From positions 34,224,001 to 34,288,000 of the forward strand of contig NC_043007.1 in the NCBI RefSeq assembly GCF_006345805.1: 64,000 nt of DNA. Direction: 5' to 3'. A program made the translations under genes and the position numbers. The notes beneath the pieces are model-generated. The model worked only from the letters and a program-made list of their open reading frames with translations, had not been told where the DNA came from and did no database searches. Below, piece after piece: positions 37,520-51,000 of the stretch (positions within the stretch are counted from its first letter, which is position 1; the number at the start of each line of letters is the position of its first letter). This DNA is from Octopus sinensis. Its lineage: Eukaryota.

Positions 37520-38030
37520 AAATAATCACCTTGGTCTTACAGAATATATCATAACACAATCACCAATGTCATATATGTGTGGATCTTAAAACTGTAAATT
37601 TTTACCTTGGATCAGCTGATTGGATACCTTAATTATCCCTGCATTACCAGTCTCTGGGATAGCAGATTTAAGGATAAGCACTGATCATCCATCAATCTCC
37701 TACCCCAGAGACAAAAGAATGTAATCGCAGAACCCTTGGCTGACAGGAATCTGGTCATTTCATGAACACTGCACATCAAACTGGGTTTTAAAAAATAGTG
37801 TGTGAAAGCTTTGAACAAAGTAGAATACTTTGACTATATGTGCAGGAATTCCCAGCGGTGAGCAATGGATAAGCTGAACGCAAGTATTTTCGACGTGTCA
37901 GAAATTAAGGAACTCATGAAGACCTACATTTCCAGGATACAATGAACAATGGTGCATCAGGCTCTAGGTCATTCTTCACTCTAATTGCAAGAAATTTCAT
38001 AGGAATCACAAAGCGGTTAACTATTCTGAA
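37520..38030 (+). pseudogene. Chapaev3-type (CMC superfamily) transposase remnant
   Basis: ICVDLKTVNF..GYLNYPC..LWDSR..KNVIAEPL..LHIKLG..VKALNK..IFD..IKELMK..NFIG with stops and frameshifts. Confidence 0.8.
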
Positions 38031-38077
38031 CTAGGGAATATTATGCTTTCTTCTATCCGTCAACTTCGCTGTGATAT

Positions 38078-38450
38078 ATTTTACTTATTTCAGTCGTTTG
38101 ACTGCGGCCATGCTGGAGCGCCACCTTTAGTCAAGCAAATCGATCCCAGGACTTATTCTTTGTAAGCCTAGTACTTATTCTATCAGTCTCTTTTGCCGAA
38201 CCGCTAAGTTACGGGGACGTAAACACAACAGCATCGTTTGTCAAGTGATGTTGGGGGAACAAACACAGAACACAAACACACACACATATATACATACATA
38301 TACATATATACGACGGTCTTCTTTTAGTTTCCGTCTAGCAAATCCACTCACAAGGTTTTGGTCGGCCCGAGGCTATAGTAGAAGACACTTGTTCAAGGTG
38401 CCACGCAGTGAGACTGAACCCGGAACCATGTGGTTGGTAAGCAAACAACT
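38078..38450 (-). mobile_element. SINE group A
   Basis: Head and tail match 33774. Confidence 0.9.
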
Positions 38451-38643
38451 GACAAGCAAATCTGTGGTATTAAGCAGAATATTTGAATAAAGAAATAATT
38501 GTGAAAATAAAGAAATAATTAAGCAGAATATTTGCTGTAACCAATCTTTTATACCAAGCCAAAAAACAATATACATGATAACACTTCCAATCAGTTAAGA
38601 TCAGAAGCCATGAAAGCCACTGCCTGGTACTGCATCAGAGCAT
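38451..38643 (-). repeat. Unclassified repeat end abutting (ATT)n
   Basis: ATGCTCTGATGCAGTACCAGGCAGTGGC.. adjacent to a long (TAA)n, with an internal AAGCAGAATATTTG duplication. Confidence 0.4.
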
Positions 38644-38651
38644 TTATTATT

Positions 38652-38712
<61 letters not shown>

Positions 38713-38713
38713 A

Positions 38714-38774
<61 letters not shown>

Positions 38775-39295
38775 ATATTCATAACATAAACCCTGCATGT
38801 GACATTGGCGAGGTTTGAACTTAAACATCTGCTCTGGTAATCTTCCGTTTCATTAAATTACTTGATACAATGAAGAAACAAATAATAAAAATCATGGTTT
38901 AATACGAGATTTTCACGTTGTTTAGACATGAGTTACATATAGCTTATAATGTCCTCGTGACCGTTTTGTTTAGCTATTTGCATAAAATACATAAAATTTA
39001 TTTTGTTATTTAAATGAAAATATGATTATTACAAATAAACATCTTTTCAAACAATTGAATTTTATTTTAATGGGAAAATAATGCCCCATTAGTCAAAAAA
39101 TATACACGGAAGGTTATAATCAAATACGGCGACACAATGTCCGGACGACACACAACTCTACTCCTCTCTTTCTCTAACACATGCGCACACACACACATAT
39201 CTATCTATCTATCTCTATATATATATATATATTCTATTTTCTTTTTGTAACATTTTTTTACTAGATATATATGTGTGTGTGTGTATATATATATA

Positions 39296-39581
39296 TATCA
39301 CGTGATCACGTGACCGACCAGACAATCGGATGTTGCTACACATCGCTGGTCACAATGCGTTTTCGAACGACGCCACCCCGCTGGCTAAGCGAGCAGGCCA
39401 ACAGAAGAAAGAGAGAAAGAGTGATGAAAGAGTACAGCAGGGATCACCACCCCCTGCCGGAGCCTCGTGGAGCTTTTAGGTGTTTTCGCTCAATAAACAC
39501 ACACAACGCCCGGTCTGGGAATCGAAACCACGATCCTACGACCGCGAGTCCGCTGCCCTAATCACTGGGCCATTGCGTATC

Positions 39582-39583
<2 letters not shown>
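39296..39583 (-). mobile_element. SINE head C with tail W
   Basis: Reverse complement of 46457-46768. Confidence 0.9.
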
Positions 39584-39660
<77 letters not shown>

Positions 39661-39834
39661 TATATAATATATATATATATTTCTACTATATATATATATA
39701 TTTGTATATATATATATTTATATATGTATATATTTACATTTGCTCACAAGTGTGTGCGCGCGTGTGTGTGTATGTATGCTTGTGTGTGTACGTATGCGTG
39801 CGTGTGCGTGCGCCATGATCGACCGCTAGCCACT

Positions 39835-39990
39835 AAAGCTTTTTTTATTCTTTCTGTTTATTTTCTCGTGTTCCTTTCTGTTGAAGAGCGTAGGTTCGAA
39901 ACGTAAAAGACTTTCTCATCTTCTCGAGCGTTAAACTAATACACCTGTCTTATACACCTGTCTTCGTCTTTTGTTGGGTTTTTTTTTTTT
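39835..39990 (+). repeat. Family H3 repeat with HHR-like motif
   Basis: CTTT-CTGTTGA-A-GAGCGTAGGTTC-GAAA-CG-TA-AAAG at 39874-39909. Confidence 0.8.
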
Positions 39991-40021
39991 GTATTTTTTT
40001 CCATAAATTCAAACTATACGT

Positions 40022-40260
40022 GAATGCGCGTGATCCAATGGTTAGGGTGTATGCACTCACGTTCTAGTGATTGCAGGTTCAATTTCCGGATCGAACGTTG
40101 CGTTGTATTCTTGAACAAAACACTTCATTTCACCCAGTTGTTCCAGTTCACACAGCAGTAAACGGATAACCCAGCGACGGACTAGCCTTCCAATAGGGGA
40201 AAATGTTGGCCAGCTCGCCCAACCAGAATGCAAAAACGATGCAAAACACATTGAGACCAG
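40022..40260 (+). mobile_element. Degenerate SINE head B with V-like segment
   Basis: GCGTTGTATTCTTGAACAAAACACTT..CCCAGCGACGGACTAGC. Confidence 0.65.
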
Positions 40261-40310
40261 CTATATATAGCTACGACCGATGCTCTAATCGATGACGTGA
40301 TATATATATC

Positions 40311-40487
40311 AAGTGGCTGTGTGGTAAGTAGCCTGCTTACCAACCACATGATTCCGGGTTCAGTCCCACTGCGTGGCACCTTGGGCAAGTGTCTTCTACT
40401 ATAGCCTCGCGCCGACCAGAGCCTTGTGAATGGATTTGGTAGACGGAAACTGAAAGAAGCCTGTCCTATATATGCATATATATATAA

Positions 40488-40522
<35 letters not shown>

Positions 40523-40785
40523 GTGTGTGTGTATTGAAGGTGCACGGTTGGTGGTTAGGGTGTTCGGTGTACGATCGCAAGGTCGTGAGCTCAATTCCCA
40601 GCGACGCGTGCTGTCCTTTATCTCACGTTGCTCCAGTCCACTCATCTGGCAGAAATGAGTTGTACCTGTATTTCAAAGGGCCAGCCTTGTCACATTCTGT
40701 GTCACGCCGAATCTCCCTGAGAGCTTCGTTAAATGTCCGCGTGTCTGTGGAGTGCTCAGGCCTCTTTACGTTAATTTCACGAGAG
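40311..40785 (+). mobile_element. SINE group A head followed by SINE head B with tail Y
   Basis: A head at 40311-40470, microsatellite, then a B/Y copy at 40535-40785. Confidence 0.85.
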
Positions 40786-40787
40786 AT

Positions 40788-41206
40788 CAAATAAAGAGGG
40801 ATGTATTGGTTGAAAAAATGTTCAAAAGCTTAGAAGTAGATTTCTCTATTGAAGTAAAGTGTAAAGTGAACTAAATATTCAAACTATGCAGACTGGTAAA
40901 AATCACTTATATGAGCTAAAATTATGTTTCTGCCGGGGCTTATATTTGTAAAATCGCTCTCTAAGTGTGTTAACAAGGTGATTCTTAGAGAAGAGAATAT
41001 AGAAGAGTTCAGAGTTGCAAATGTTACAAAATCCTTTGCCCTTATCATAAGGGAAAGAGATGGACAGGATGAACCAATCTAACTTAAAATCCTTATTGTT
41101 GTCTGTATAGTTTGAACATTTAGGTCACTTTGCACTTTACTTCAATGGAGAAATCTACTTCCAAGCCTTTGAACATTTTTTCAACCAATATATCCCTCTT
41201 TATTTG
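40788..41206. repeat. ~106-bp inverted repeat with ~207-bp spacer
   Basis: 40788-40893 is the reverse complement of 41101-41206 with a few substitutions. Confidence 0.9.
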
Positions 41207-41360
41207 TTCTCTACTTATTTCTTTACCCCTTCTCTTCCTAGGGTCTGCCTTTGACGTCGGATCTACTAACGGTTTTTTTTTAAAAATACATAATAAATTT
41301 CTGTTTATCATTTATGCAGTCATCAAAATTGCTATAATGTCTTGTTGTTGAGATAGGTTG

Positions 41361-41455
41361 TCTTTCTTTCCTGATGAGAAGATTACATTATTTTACACTA
41401 TTTATTCCTTTGGAATAAAACAAATATCTTCGAAACATATGTCGAAAGTAAAAGA
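41361..41455 (+). ncRNA. Minimal type I hammerhead ribozyme (family H2), core intact
   Basis: CTTTC-CTGATGA-GAAGAT..ATCTTC-GAAA-CATATG-TC-GAAAG: palindromic stem III and GUC triplet. Confidence 0.88.
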
Positions 41456-41492
41456 ATTTGAATAACACCTGCGTTCGACTCCATTTTTTATA

Positions 41493-41549
<57 letters not shown>

Positions 41550-42715
41550 CATATATATATATATTATATATATATATGTTTGTGTGGTTGCGTGTACTTA
41601 TATATATACATATATATATATATAATATATATATATATTGGATGGATGTACTATTGTATGTATTATATATGCTATATTCGCGAAGGGCTTCCACATCGTT
41701 TCTCTTTACGAAATTCGCACACAATTTATTAGTAGGTCCGGAGTTACAGTACAAATAACTCGCCCAAGGTACCACGCAGAGGTACTGAAACCGACACCAC
41801 TTGGGTGCGAAGAAAACTTCTTTACCACGCAGCCAAGTCTACTATAATAAAGGTTAAAAGTTATCTTTGATAGCTCTAAATATTGCAATCATAATCACTC
41901 TGCGGGGATTTCTCTGATAAAATTAATAAAATATAACTTCTCTCTCTCTCTCTTTTCTCTCTCTCTCTCTCCCTCTCTCTCTATATATATCTATCTATCT
42001 ATCTCTTACAAAATGTCTCCCATTTATTATATAAACAATAGAGACAAAGAGGTAACTGATTATTGTTGTTGTTGTTGTTGTTGTTGTTGTCGTTGCCGAT
42101 GATATTGTTGTTCTCAAGGATGTTGTCGTTTAATTCAGGTCAACAAAACCTGACCTTTGCTCGAAGGAATTTTAGCCATAACCTGTCCATTATACATATA
42201 TATATTATTTTTTTGCAGACAGTCTATCTAGGATTACATTTATCTAATGTGTTATCCTTTGATTTTTCCACTCTAAAAGACAGAGTGTGGTTTAACGCCG
42301 AGAAAGAAGACAAAGCAGTGTGTATATGGTGGAGAGTGATGCAGAGGGGAGAGAACGGAACTTGGCGCTGGAGCTAATGGAAGTATTTGTCGCTGATATC
42401 ATTATACGGAGGGGTACGGCGGGAGAGGATGTGATCTTCATATGCTTAAGCATACGTATTTACATAGATACACACACATACACACACACAATTACATACA
42501 CACATATACTTATATAACTACATGTGTGTGTACATATATATGCGTGCGTGTGTGTGGGTATTTATAACCACACACACAGACCTCCCTTTGCAAATACCAT
42601 AAGGGCACAGAAGGTGTGCCTGAAGCCAGCTGGAGACGATGATCTCCTGGGGCTAAAAGCTTCAGTGACACCCACCCTTAGTGGTTAGCCATATTGAGAT
42701 GGCTAGTATACTTTA

Positions 42716-42960
42716 CGTATATATATATATAAAATCCGTTCTGTTTGTGTGTATGTGTCTTCTAGGATCTCGAGCATCCTCCATCCAATTGCACAAAAAT
42801 TTGATATGTAGATACCGACGGTATCAGGGCGTGTATAAAGTCTTGAAAAATTACAAAAATTGATTCCATGTGAGAATGCGATCGATAAAGCCGTGGGAAC
42901 GTGCATTTGTACGCGCAAGTACATCAGCACCGTCCATTGGACGGGGGGCGTTTTGCTCGT
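42716..42960 (+). mobile_element. Non-autonomous Helitron-like element
   Basis: TATATAAAATCCGTTCTGTTTGTGTG start; 3' hairpin CCGTCCA-T-TGGACGG then CTCG/T. Confidence 0.6.
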
Positions 42961-43543
42961 ATATATACATATATATATACATAAAGTAAGTTGTTGGAGG
43001 CATATGACTTAGTTTCTGTGTAACATTTGCGAATAGCTCTGTAGAATGAGATTGAATCAAAATCCTCTGTTTTTAGAAACGAGATAGAAGTATGGCCCTA
43101 TGACTTTAGTTTTCGTATTTGGCATCAAGGAAAATCTAGACAGTATCGGTTCATAAAAAAAACTTTTTTAGAAATATTATCGTTCTCATGTATATTTTCA
43201 AAAACATTTCACGCATTTCGTTTGTTTCAATGTTGTTCGACAACGCAGTGGTGCTCGATCACTGAATTTACAAGCATAGTGGGGGTAAAAAGTCTAATAG
43301 CCGTCACTGGTAGATTTGACTGAGGACAATCAGGCACACTTGGCGCTAAATTCGAAATCGAGATATCAAATTAAGCAGCATTACTCTTGTATTCTTGGCG
43401 GAGGCAGGACGTTACTGTTGTTCACTAAAATTTTTTCTATCATGTATGTATTAATTTTGTGATTCTCCTGTGGCTTAGAAGTATTTTGACTTCTATTTTT
43501 AGTGAAGCAGATGCTTATGTAGTACCTTAGTACATATATATAT

Positions 43544-43620
<77 letters not shown>

Positions 43621-43817
43621 ATGGTTGTATACTGTCAATCTAACGTGAACGTGACAGTAGGGGGTTACACCATCGCTGTTTAGCCCTAGGAAGCATCGAC
43701 GCCTCCTGATGGGTTTGACACATTTTCCTGTGTCCTTATATACATTTACGAAGGGGGGACAAACAACCCCCCAGCAGCCAGGCCTGCATCTAGAGACACG
43801 CATGTTTCAGGATCATT

Positions 43818-43917
43818 NNNNNNNNNNNNNNNNNNNNNNNNNNNNNNNNNNNNNNNNNNNNNNNNNNNNNNNNNNNNNNNNNNNNNNNNNNNNNNNNNNN
43901 NNNNNNNNNNNNNNNNN
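43818..43917. other. Assembly gap (100 N)
   Basis: Run of N. Confidence 1.
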
Positions 43918-46290
43918 GTCTAAAAAATCTACACTATTCAGGTTAGTATCTATCGTAATCCGTAAGCCCATCCTTTGAAAGAAAGCTATAAGGTCCTTCC
44001 TAAGTCTATCTGATTCATGGCCGTTTAGATTATGCGTGGCTATAAGGCCGTCATCCCTATATAGACCTGCATCTATAAATGGGAATTCTATTTATCTCCA
44101 TAATCTAAAAATAGAATTCCCATTTATAGATGCAGGTCTATATAGGGATGACGGCCTTATAGCCACGCATAATCTAAACGGCCATGAATCAGATAGACTT
44201 AGGAAGGACCTTATAGCTTTCTTTCAAAGGATGGGCTTACGGATTACGATAGATACTAACCTGAATAGTGTAGATTTTTTAGACGTAAATTTAATGTAAG
44301 ATCGGATAGATTTAAACCTTTCCGTAAGCCCAATGAAAGCATCGTATATTAGCAAAGATTCGAACCATCCACCAGTTATCTTAGCAACTTAGTCAGCAGT
44401 AGGTAGAAGAATATCTTCAATTTCTTCGGACGAGGCAGCATTCCATAATGCTGCACCTTATTACGATAGCGCTTAAAGAATAGTGGATTCTCGGAGAAGA
44501 TCCAGTTCAACCAGCTTATGCTAATAATAAGCTGCACGAAGAACTAGGACCAGGAAAGTTTTGTGGTTCAACCCGGCTTTCAATTTGGCCGTAAAGACTA
44601 ATATAGGTAAGGATTTTTTAGATTAGTCTCTAAGCATTTTAAGCAGGGTCATAAATTCTACAGAATATTAATAGAAGAACCCTGAAGGTTAGCTATTCTT
44701 GTTGCAGAAATTTCGCCTCTTACATTAGCCACATAATAGGAAGCTAATTGAGATTAGACATGGTGCCGAGCCCATTAAAAAATGTAATTGCAAAACGAAA
44801 GCTCCTGTCCGTTATAAGGGAAATGTCTAGTGAAAGGAGTGGTTTATAGAGCCAAGGTGCAAGTGAAGGCTCATCGGATACAAGACATACACAGGGGCTT
44901 CAGAAAATTCATTTAAAACAAGATTTTATTCTCATAAGAATTCTTTAAATACCCAGAGAATAGGAAGAAAACCAGCCTAGCAAAATATGTCTGGGAACTA
45001 AAAGAAAGGAAGCCCCACCTTTCAACGTGACATGGAGCATTCTGGACAGGGCGGCACCATACAGGCATGGAGCTTACAAATATAATTTCAAGTGCAAGCT
45101 TTGCTTTATTAGAAAAAATGCACATATTATTCAAAGACAATAATTCTTTGAATCAAAGAAGTGAGTTAATGAACTTATGTAGGCACGCGGCTAAATTAAA
45201 ATGTCGAATATAAATATACCATATGGATAGAGTATATATTTTGTATTTTGATTTTTGATTTTGATTTTGACTCTAAGCGCTACGACGGATCTATAGCAAA
45301 GTCTTATTGTTTCTACATATATATTAGGAAAAACCTACAAACTCTGTTTTCATGTTATTGTATTGCATAGGATTACCTTGATTATTTATATTACCTTGAT
45401 TATTTATAAATGACCCAAAATAGGATGTATATTTTATTTTATATGTCTTTCGTATATATTTTTATTAATGCACCCATTTTTAAAAGCAATGTTTTTTTAA
45501 AAAAGCAATGTTGTCAAATTTAGAATGTTTATATAAGTTTGTGTATAGCAAAGCATATGTATTTGTAAGCATGCGTATCTGTGTATGTGTAAGTGAAAGT
45601 ATGCTTGTGCTTAGCACGCATACACACGACGGTATGTATATGTATCAATTCAAACTTGTGTATGTATACTGGCCTCTATAGATGCCAATAACATCGCTAC
45701 AAGTTCCCCCCCCCCTCTTTCGTTCCTTTTTCTCTCTTTCCCTTTCTTTCGTTCCCCCTCCTTGCTCAGTATATGAGAATTGCTACATAGATGAATTTTA
45801 GCTTGCGTGCGAGACGGTTTGCGTGAATATATGTACACATGCTTTTATGTGTATAATTTAGATTCATATTCATACGTCTGTATATATGTATGGCGTTTAC
45901 GCGCATCCTTTTGTGTATGTTGATATATATATATGTGGATTTTAATATAAATAATTATTGCAGTATTTATAACAGGTTAATTTCTATGCATTAATTTGTA
46001 CTGTCTTCATTAACGGCAATAGGTTTTTTCTCGGTTTTTCCTCGGATTTTATAATTTTTATAATTTTTATAAGTTTTTTTATATATATATACTATATTTT
46101 TGACCTTTTTGTTTATCGCTCGAAATTGACCGTTTTTTTCTAAAGGGCCAATCAAACAAGTCCATTTCTTTTTAAGGTGTAGCGTTTGTAAGAGTTAGAT
46201 TGAATTAATATATATGTTCCATTCTAGCAAAACTGTCTGATGAACGCAACGAGAACTCAGAGTAACAGATTTTGTTGAATTTTCTGCTGC
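43918..46290 (+). mobile_element. 5'-truncated Penelope-like element (RT C-half, GIY-YIG endonuclease, tail) with 5' inversion
   Basis: LYRDDGL..VDFLDV..SNHPP..LWFNP..CNC..CP..KC..FKTRFYSH..YVWELK..C.LCLLEK..RSELMNLCRH, with many frameshifts. Confidence 0.9.
46228..46274 (+). ncRNA. Degenerate HHR at the PLE 3' end
   Basis: CAAAACTGT-CTGATGA-ACGCAACGA-GAA-CTCAGAG-TA-ACAGATTTTG; one A is missing from GAAA. Confidence 0.55.
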
Positions 46291-46300
46291 TTAAAATAAA

Positions 46301-46354
<54 letters not shown>

Positions 46355-46355
46355 T

Positions 46356-46768
<413 letters not shown>

Positions 46769-47570
46769 ATACATATATATATATATATATAATTCATTGG
46801 AGATGTATGTAAATTATGTAATATTATATATGTAAAAATATGAAAAGTAATGCATATTAGTTTAGATGTTTATGTGTACTAGAGCGAGCGAGAGTGTCAG
46901 AGAGAGAGAGAGACAGGGAGAGAGAGAGAGACAGAGAGAGAGACGGGGAGAGAGGCACAGAGGGAGAGACGGAGAGAAAAAGAGAGACTGTGTGTGGGGG
47001 GGGGTAAGGAAACCATTTTCGTTCTAATCTTTTCGCTAATCTTTTGTTCTGGACCAGTATTTTATTTATCGGCGCCAGAATTGTATAATTCAAAGTTGAC
47101 CTCAGCAATATCAAAAATCAGGGGGAAAAAAATCGGTACAGTGACCGCAAGGCCTTGTATCCGATGTTTTATTGATTTCTGATGTTTCTGTCTTATATAG
47201 GTTTGTTGTTGTGTTTATTTACCCACCCACGCGCACGCACGCATGCACACATACACACACAAGCAAACAAACACACAAACTTACGCACACACAATCACAT
47301 ATAAGAATATTGACATCTACATTATATATATATTATATATAAATACGTATGTATATACATGCCTATGTATATATATGCGTGTGTGTGTATATGTATATAT
47401 ATATATGTGTGTGTATGTATGCAATGTTTAGTAAAGATATATCTAAATTTAACATGTAAGCTAGAAAGTGCAATGTTTCCAGTACGAAATATTTTCACTC
47501 AAAGATTAAAACCTTTAAAAACGTATTATCTTCATAAATGCTTCTCTTTAAAGTACATTTCCTTGTATGT

Positions 47571-47605
<35 letters not shown>

Positions 47606-47712
47606 AAGCATATATATATTTACATATAAGATGTATGCTTTATATATATATATTTATATATATATATATATATATATACATACATATATATATATTTATA
47701 TATATATATATA

Positions 47713-47752
<40 letters not shown>

Positions 47753-47769
47753 GTTATATATACATATGT

Positions 47770-47803
<34 letters not shown>

Positions 47804-47851
47804 ATTATATATATATTTGAGTTTTTTGTGCATCTTGTTGTTGACATAAGT

Positions 47852-47945
47852 TCCTTGCTTTTCCTGATGAGAAAGCGCATAATATACTCCCTATTCCTTC
47901 GCAATTAGAATATGCAGCCTTCGAACATATGTCGAAAATAAAGGA
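47852..47945 (+). ncRNA. HHR family H2, second copy (GAAA reduced to GAA)
   Basis: TCCTTGCTTTTC-CTGATGA-GAAAGC..GCCTTC-GAA-CATATG-TC-GAAAATAAAGGA; flanks match the 41340 copy. Confidence 0.7.
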
Positions 47946-47993
47946 TTTTGTTTAATTCGTCGTTCAACTCCATTCTTTCATATATAATATATA

Positions 47994-48034
<41 letters not shown>

Positions 48035-48751
48035 ACGGTGCAAAATCTGGATCTATACTTAGATAAGGACAAATCTTAATTAATACAAGTGTGAGAATTC
48101 TGTTATGATTTACAGGACCAATCTCGGGGGAACTGTTATTCTTGTATCGTTTCTTTACATCTTATAGGCTTGGTGTCAGTGAACGTTTTGACTTTTAAGG
48201 TGCTGTTGAATATCTTTGCATGAGTGGACAACGAATGAGACGAAATCATTGTTGATAGCGAAGTAATTAGAATGGCTAGTGTAGAAGTCGTTGTTGAAAA
48301 GATCAAGTATTTTCTGTATTAAGTAGTCTAATTGTTAATAGTTATATTTCCTTTGTTTCTGCTTTCTGTATCTCATGTAATTTTTAGTTTATCATACCAA
48401 AGCTGTAGCTTCGAACCAAAAATGCTAGTCACTTTGAAACGTCCATATTATTACATATTCAACTCATTCATTGGGAACAACCTATTCCAATAGAAGCATT
48501 AATTTCGGTTCAGCTCACTCGATTTTTTTTTCTTTTATTTTGTTGTTTGCTTGGTGGGCATAATGGTATATTAATTTGTTCAGCTCTTCCATTCTCATCC
48601 ATTGACTATCTTTTAACTGAACCTGTAAAAACCAGTTTTAAAAATGGATGAACGTATGGATGGATTTTACTCTATAAAACCACAACGGAATGTATGAAGC
48701 TTCCGAGATAATGGAATTTGTAAAATAATATACATATTAACATGTTTTTAC

Positions 48752-48808
<57 letters not shown>

Positions 48809-49232
48809 AGTGTGTCTGTGTGTGTGTTTGAATATATGTGTTATGTATGTGTGTATGCATATATGAATGCATATACCAGATTATAATGAGAGGATCGCAA
48901 CAAGGATATACAAAAAGACGACTGCTCAAATATAAATATAAGACGCCATACAAATTATATCCGGTCTAGTCGACAACAACCGATGAATATAAAACTGTGT
49001 CTCTTCGCGTTTTAATAATTGATGTGGTTAAATAACACTCGAGTTACGTAACAGCTGGACAAACTGAAACAATACGTGGGTAAAGTAGAATAATGGAAAT
49101 GCGATTGATACGTAGTTAGATGGAGAGATACTTATGCACATGAAGATGAATAATCTTCAGATAAATGTATAAAACAAAGATAAATGAATATTTTATATAC
49201 GTTTGTATATCTCTATTCATGCAGAGTGTATG

Positions 49233-49640
49233 TATAGGCGCAGGAGGGGCTGTGTAGTAAGTAGCTTGCTTACCAACCACATGGTTCCGGGTTCAGTCCC
49301 ACTGCATGGCACCTTGGGCAAGTGTCTTCTACTATAGCTCCGAGCCAACCAAATTTTGTGAGTGAATTTGTTAAACGGAAACTGAAAGAAGCCCATTGTA
49401 TATGTGTGTGTGTGTATATGTGTTTGTGTATCTGTGTTTGAACCCTCACCCCACCCACCATCGTTTGACAAATGATGCTGGTGTGTTTAAGTCTCCGTAA
49501 CTTAGCGGTTCGGCAAAAGAGACCGATAGCGTACGCATTAGGCTTACAAAGGATAGTCCTGGAGTTAATTTGCTTGACTAAAGGCGGTGCTCCATCATGG
49601 CCGCTGTCAAATGACTGAAACAAATAAATGTGTAAAAGAG
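49233..49640 (+). mobile_element. SINE group A, full
   Basis: Head, microsatellite and tail. Confidence 0.9.
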
Positions 49641-49689
49641 TATATGTGTGTGTATGTATGTATGTATGTATGTATGTATTTTTTTCATC

Positions 49690-50000
49690 CCGCAAAACCC
49701 GTCAAAGGGCGGAGGAACTCTTGAGAGTCAATGATCATCCTATAAATGTCTTAAGGCTGTATCATGCGCGGGGACATAGAAATAATTGGACTGAATACCT
49801 GATCGCGCGGTTAAACCATTGGGTGTGAAGGACCCCTAGCCCTTGTTAGGGCATTCTTCTAGGAGAAAGTAACTCAGGTAACTGGGATAACTCCGACATA
49901 AACCTGCGGCTCAGTGGTTACCGATGATGTTGACTTGGTCTTCTTTTCGGATTACGGCTGCTGTTGCTTAGTGAGTGGGATTGACTCAGTGTACAGCCTT
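49690..50000 (+). mobile_element. Probable RTE-like LINE 5' region
   Basis: GGACCCCTAGCCCTTGTTAGGGCAT..CTAGGAGAAAG..AAACC layout resembles RTE 5' UTRs; no ORF. Confidence 0.35.
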
Positions 50001-50138
50001 TCCTCACTTAAAAAAAATCTTCTTGCACAGGCATTGCACTATAACAACATTGATTAAGCTTCGTGCAATGGCCATACTCGATAACGAGGAGGCAGCCACC
50101 ATGTATGTATGTATGTAGTATGTATGTATGTATGTATG

Positions 50139-50169
<31 letters not shown>

Positions 50170-50459
50170 GTATGTATGTATGTATGTATGTATGTATGTA
50201 TGTATGTATGTATGTATGTATGTATGTATGTATGTATGCATGTATGTATGTATGTATTTATGTATGTGTGCATATATGTGTATCGTTGTAATAAATATTT
50301 CGCAATTATAAAGAAAAGATTGTCTTCGCGTAAAGCAATTTAGCAGGGACTTACATAAACATGAAATGAGAAATCATGTTTAAACCAATAATGCGAAGAA
50401 ATATAATGCAGAGTAAAAGGAAGATATATTAGAAATAAATCATGTTATAGAAATTACAA

Positions 50460-50765
50460 TAGGCTCAGGCGTGCCTGTGTGGTAAGAAGCTTGCTTCTCA
50501 ACCACATGATTCCGGTGGTGCCGGGTTCTGTTCCACCGCGTGGAATCGTAAGTGCCGTCTACTATAGCCTGAGGCCGATCAAGATCCTCTAAGTGGATTT
50601 GGTAAACGGAAACTGATGTCCGTCATATATATGTTTATGGGTGTGTGTGTTTGTGTGTGTTTGTGTGTGTGTGTCTGTGTGTGTGTGTCTTTGTGTGTCA
50701 TTTGTTCCCACCACCACCATCATTGCTTCACAACCGATGTTGGTGTATTTACGTCCTCCGTCTTC
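50460..50765 (+). mobile_element. Degenerate SINE group A
   Basis: GTGTGGTAAGAAGCTTGC..GGATTTGGTAAACGGAAACTGA. Confidence 0.8.
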
Positions 50766-50918
50766 AGTGAAGAAGTTTACATTTGAAGTGTTCACAGAAA
50801 GGAGGTTAAAGATGGACCTTTTATATGTAAATATATGTACATTTTTGTATTAAATGTATTTAAAATGTATTTAATGTTTTGTATATCGACTTTCCTAACT
50901 TGTTTATCCTTACATTTG

Positions 50919-50994
<76 letters not shown>

Positions 50995-51000
50995 ATATAT

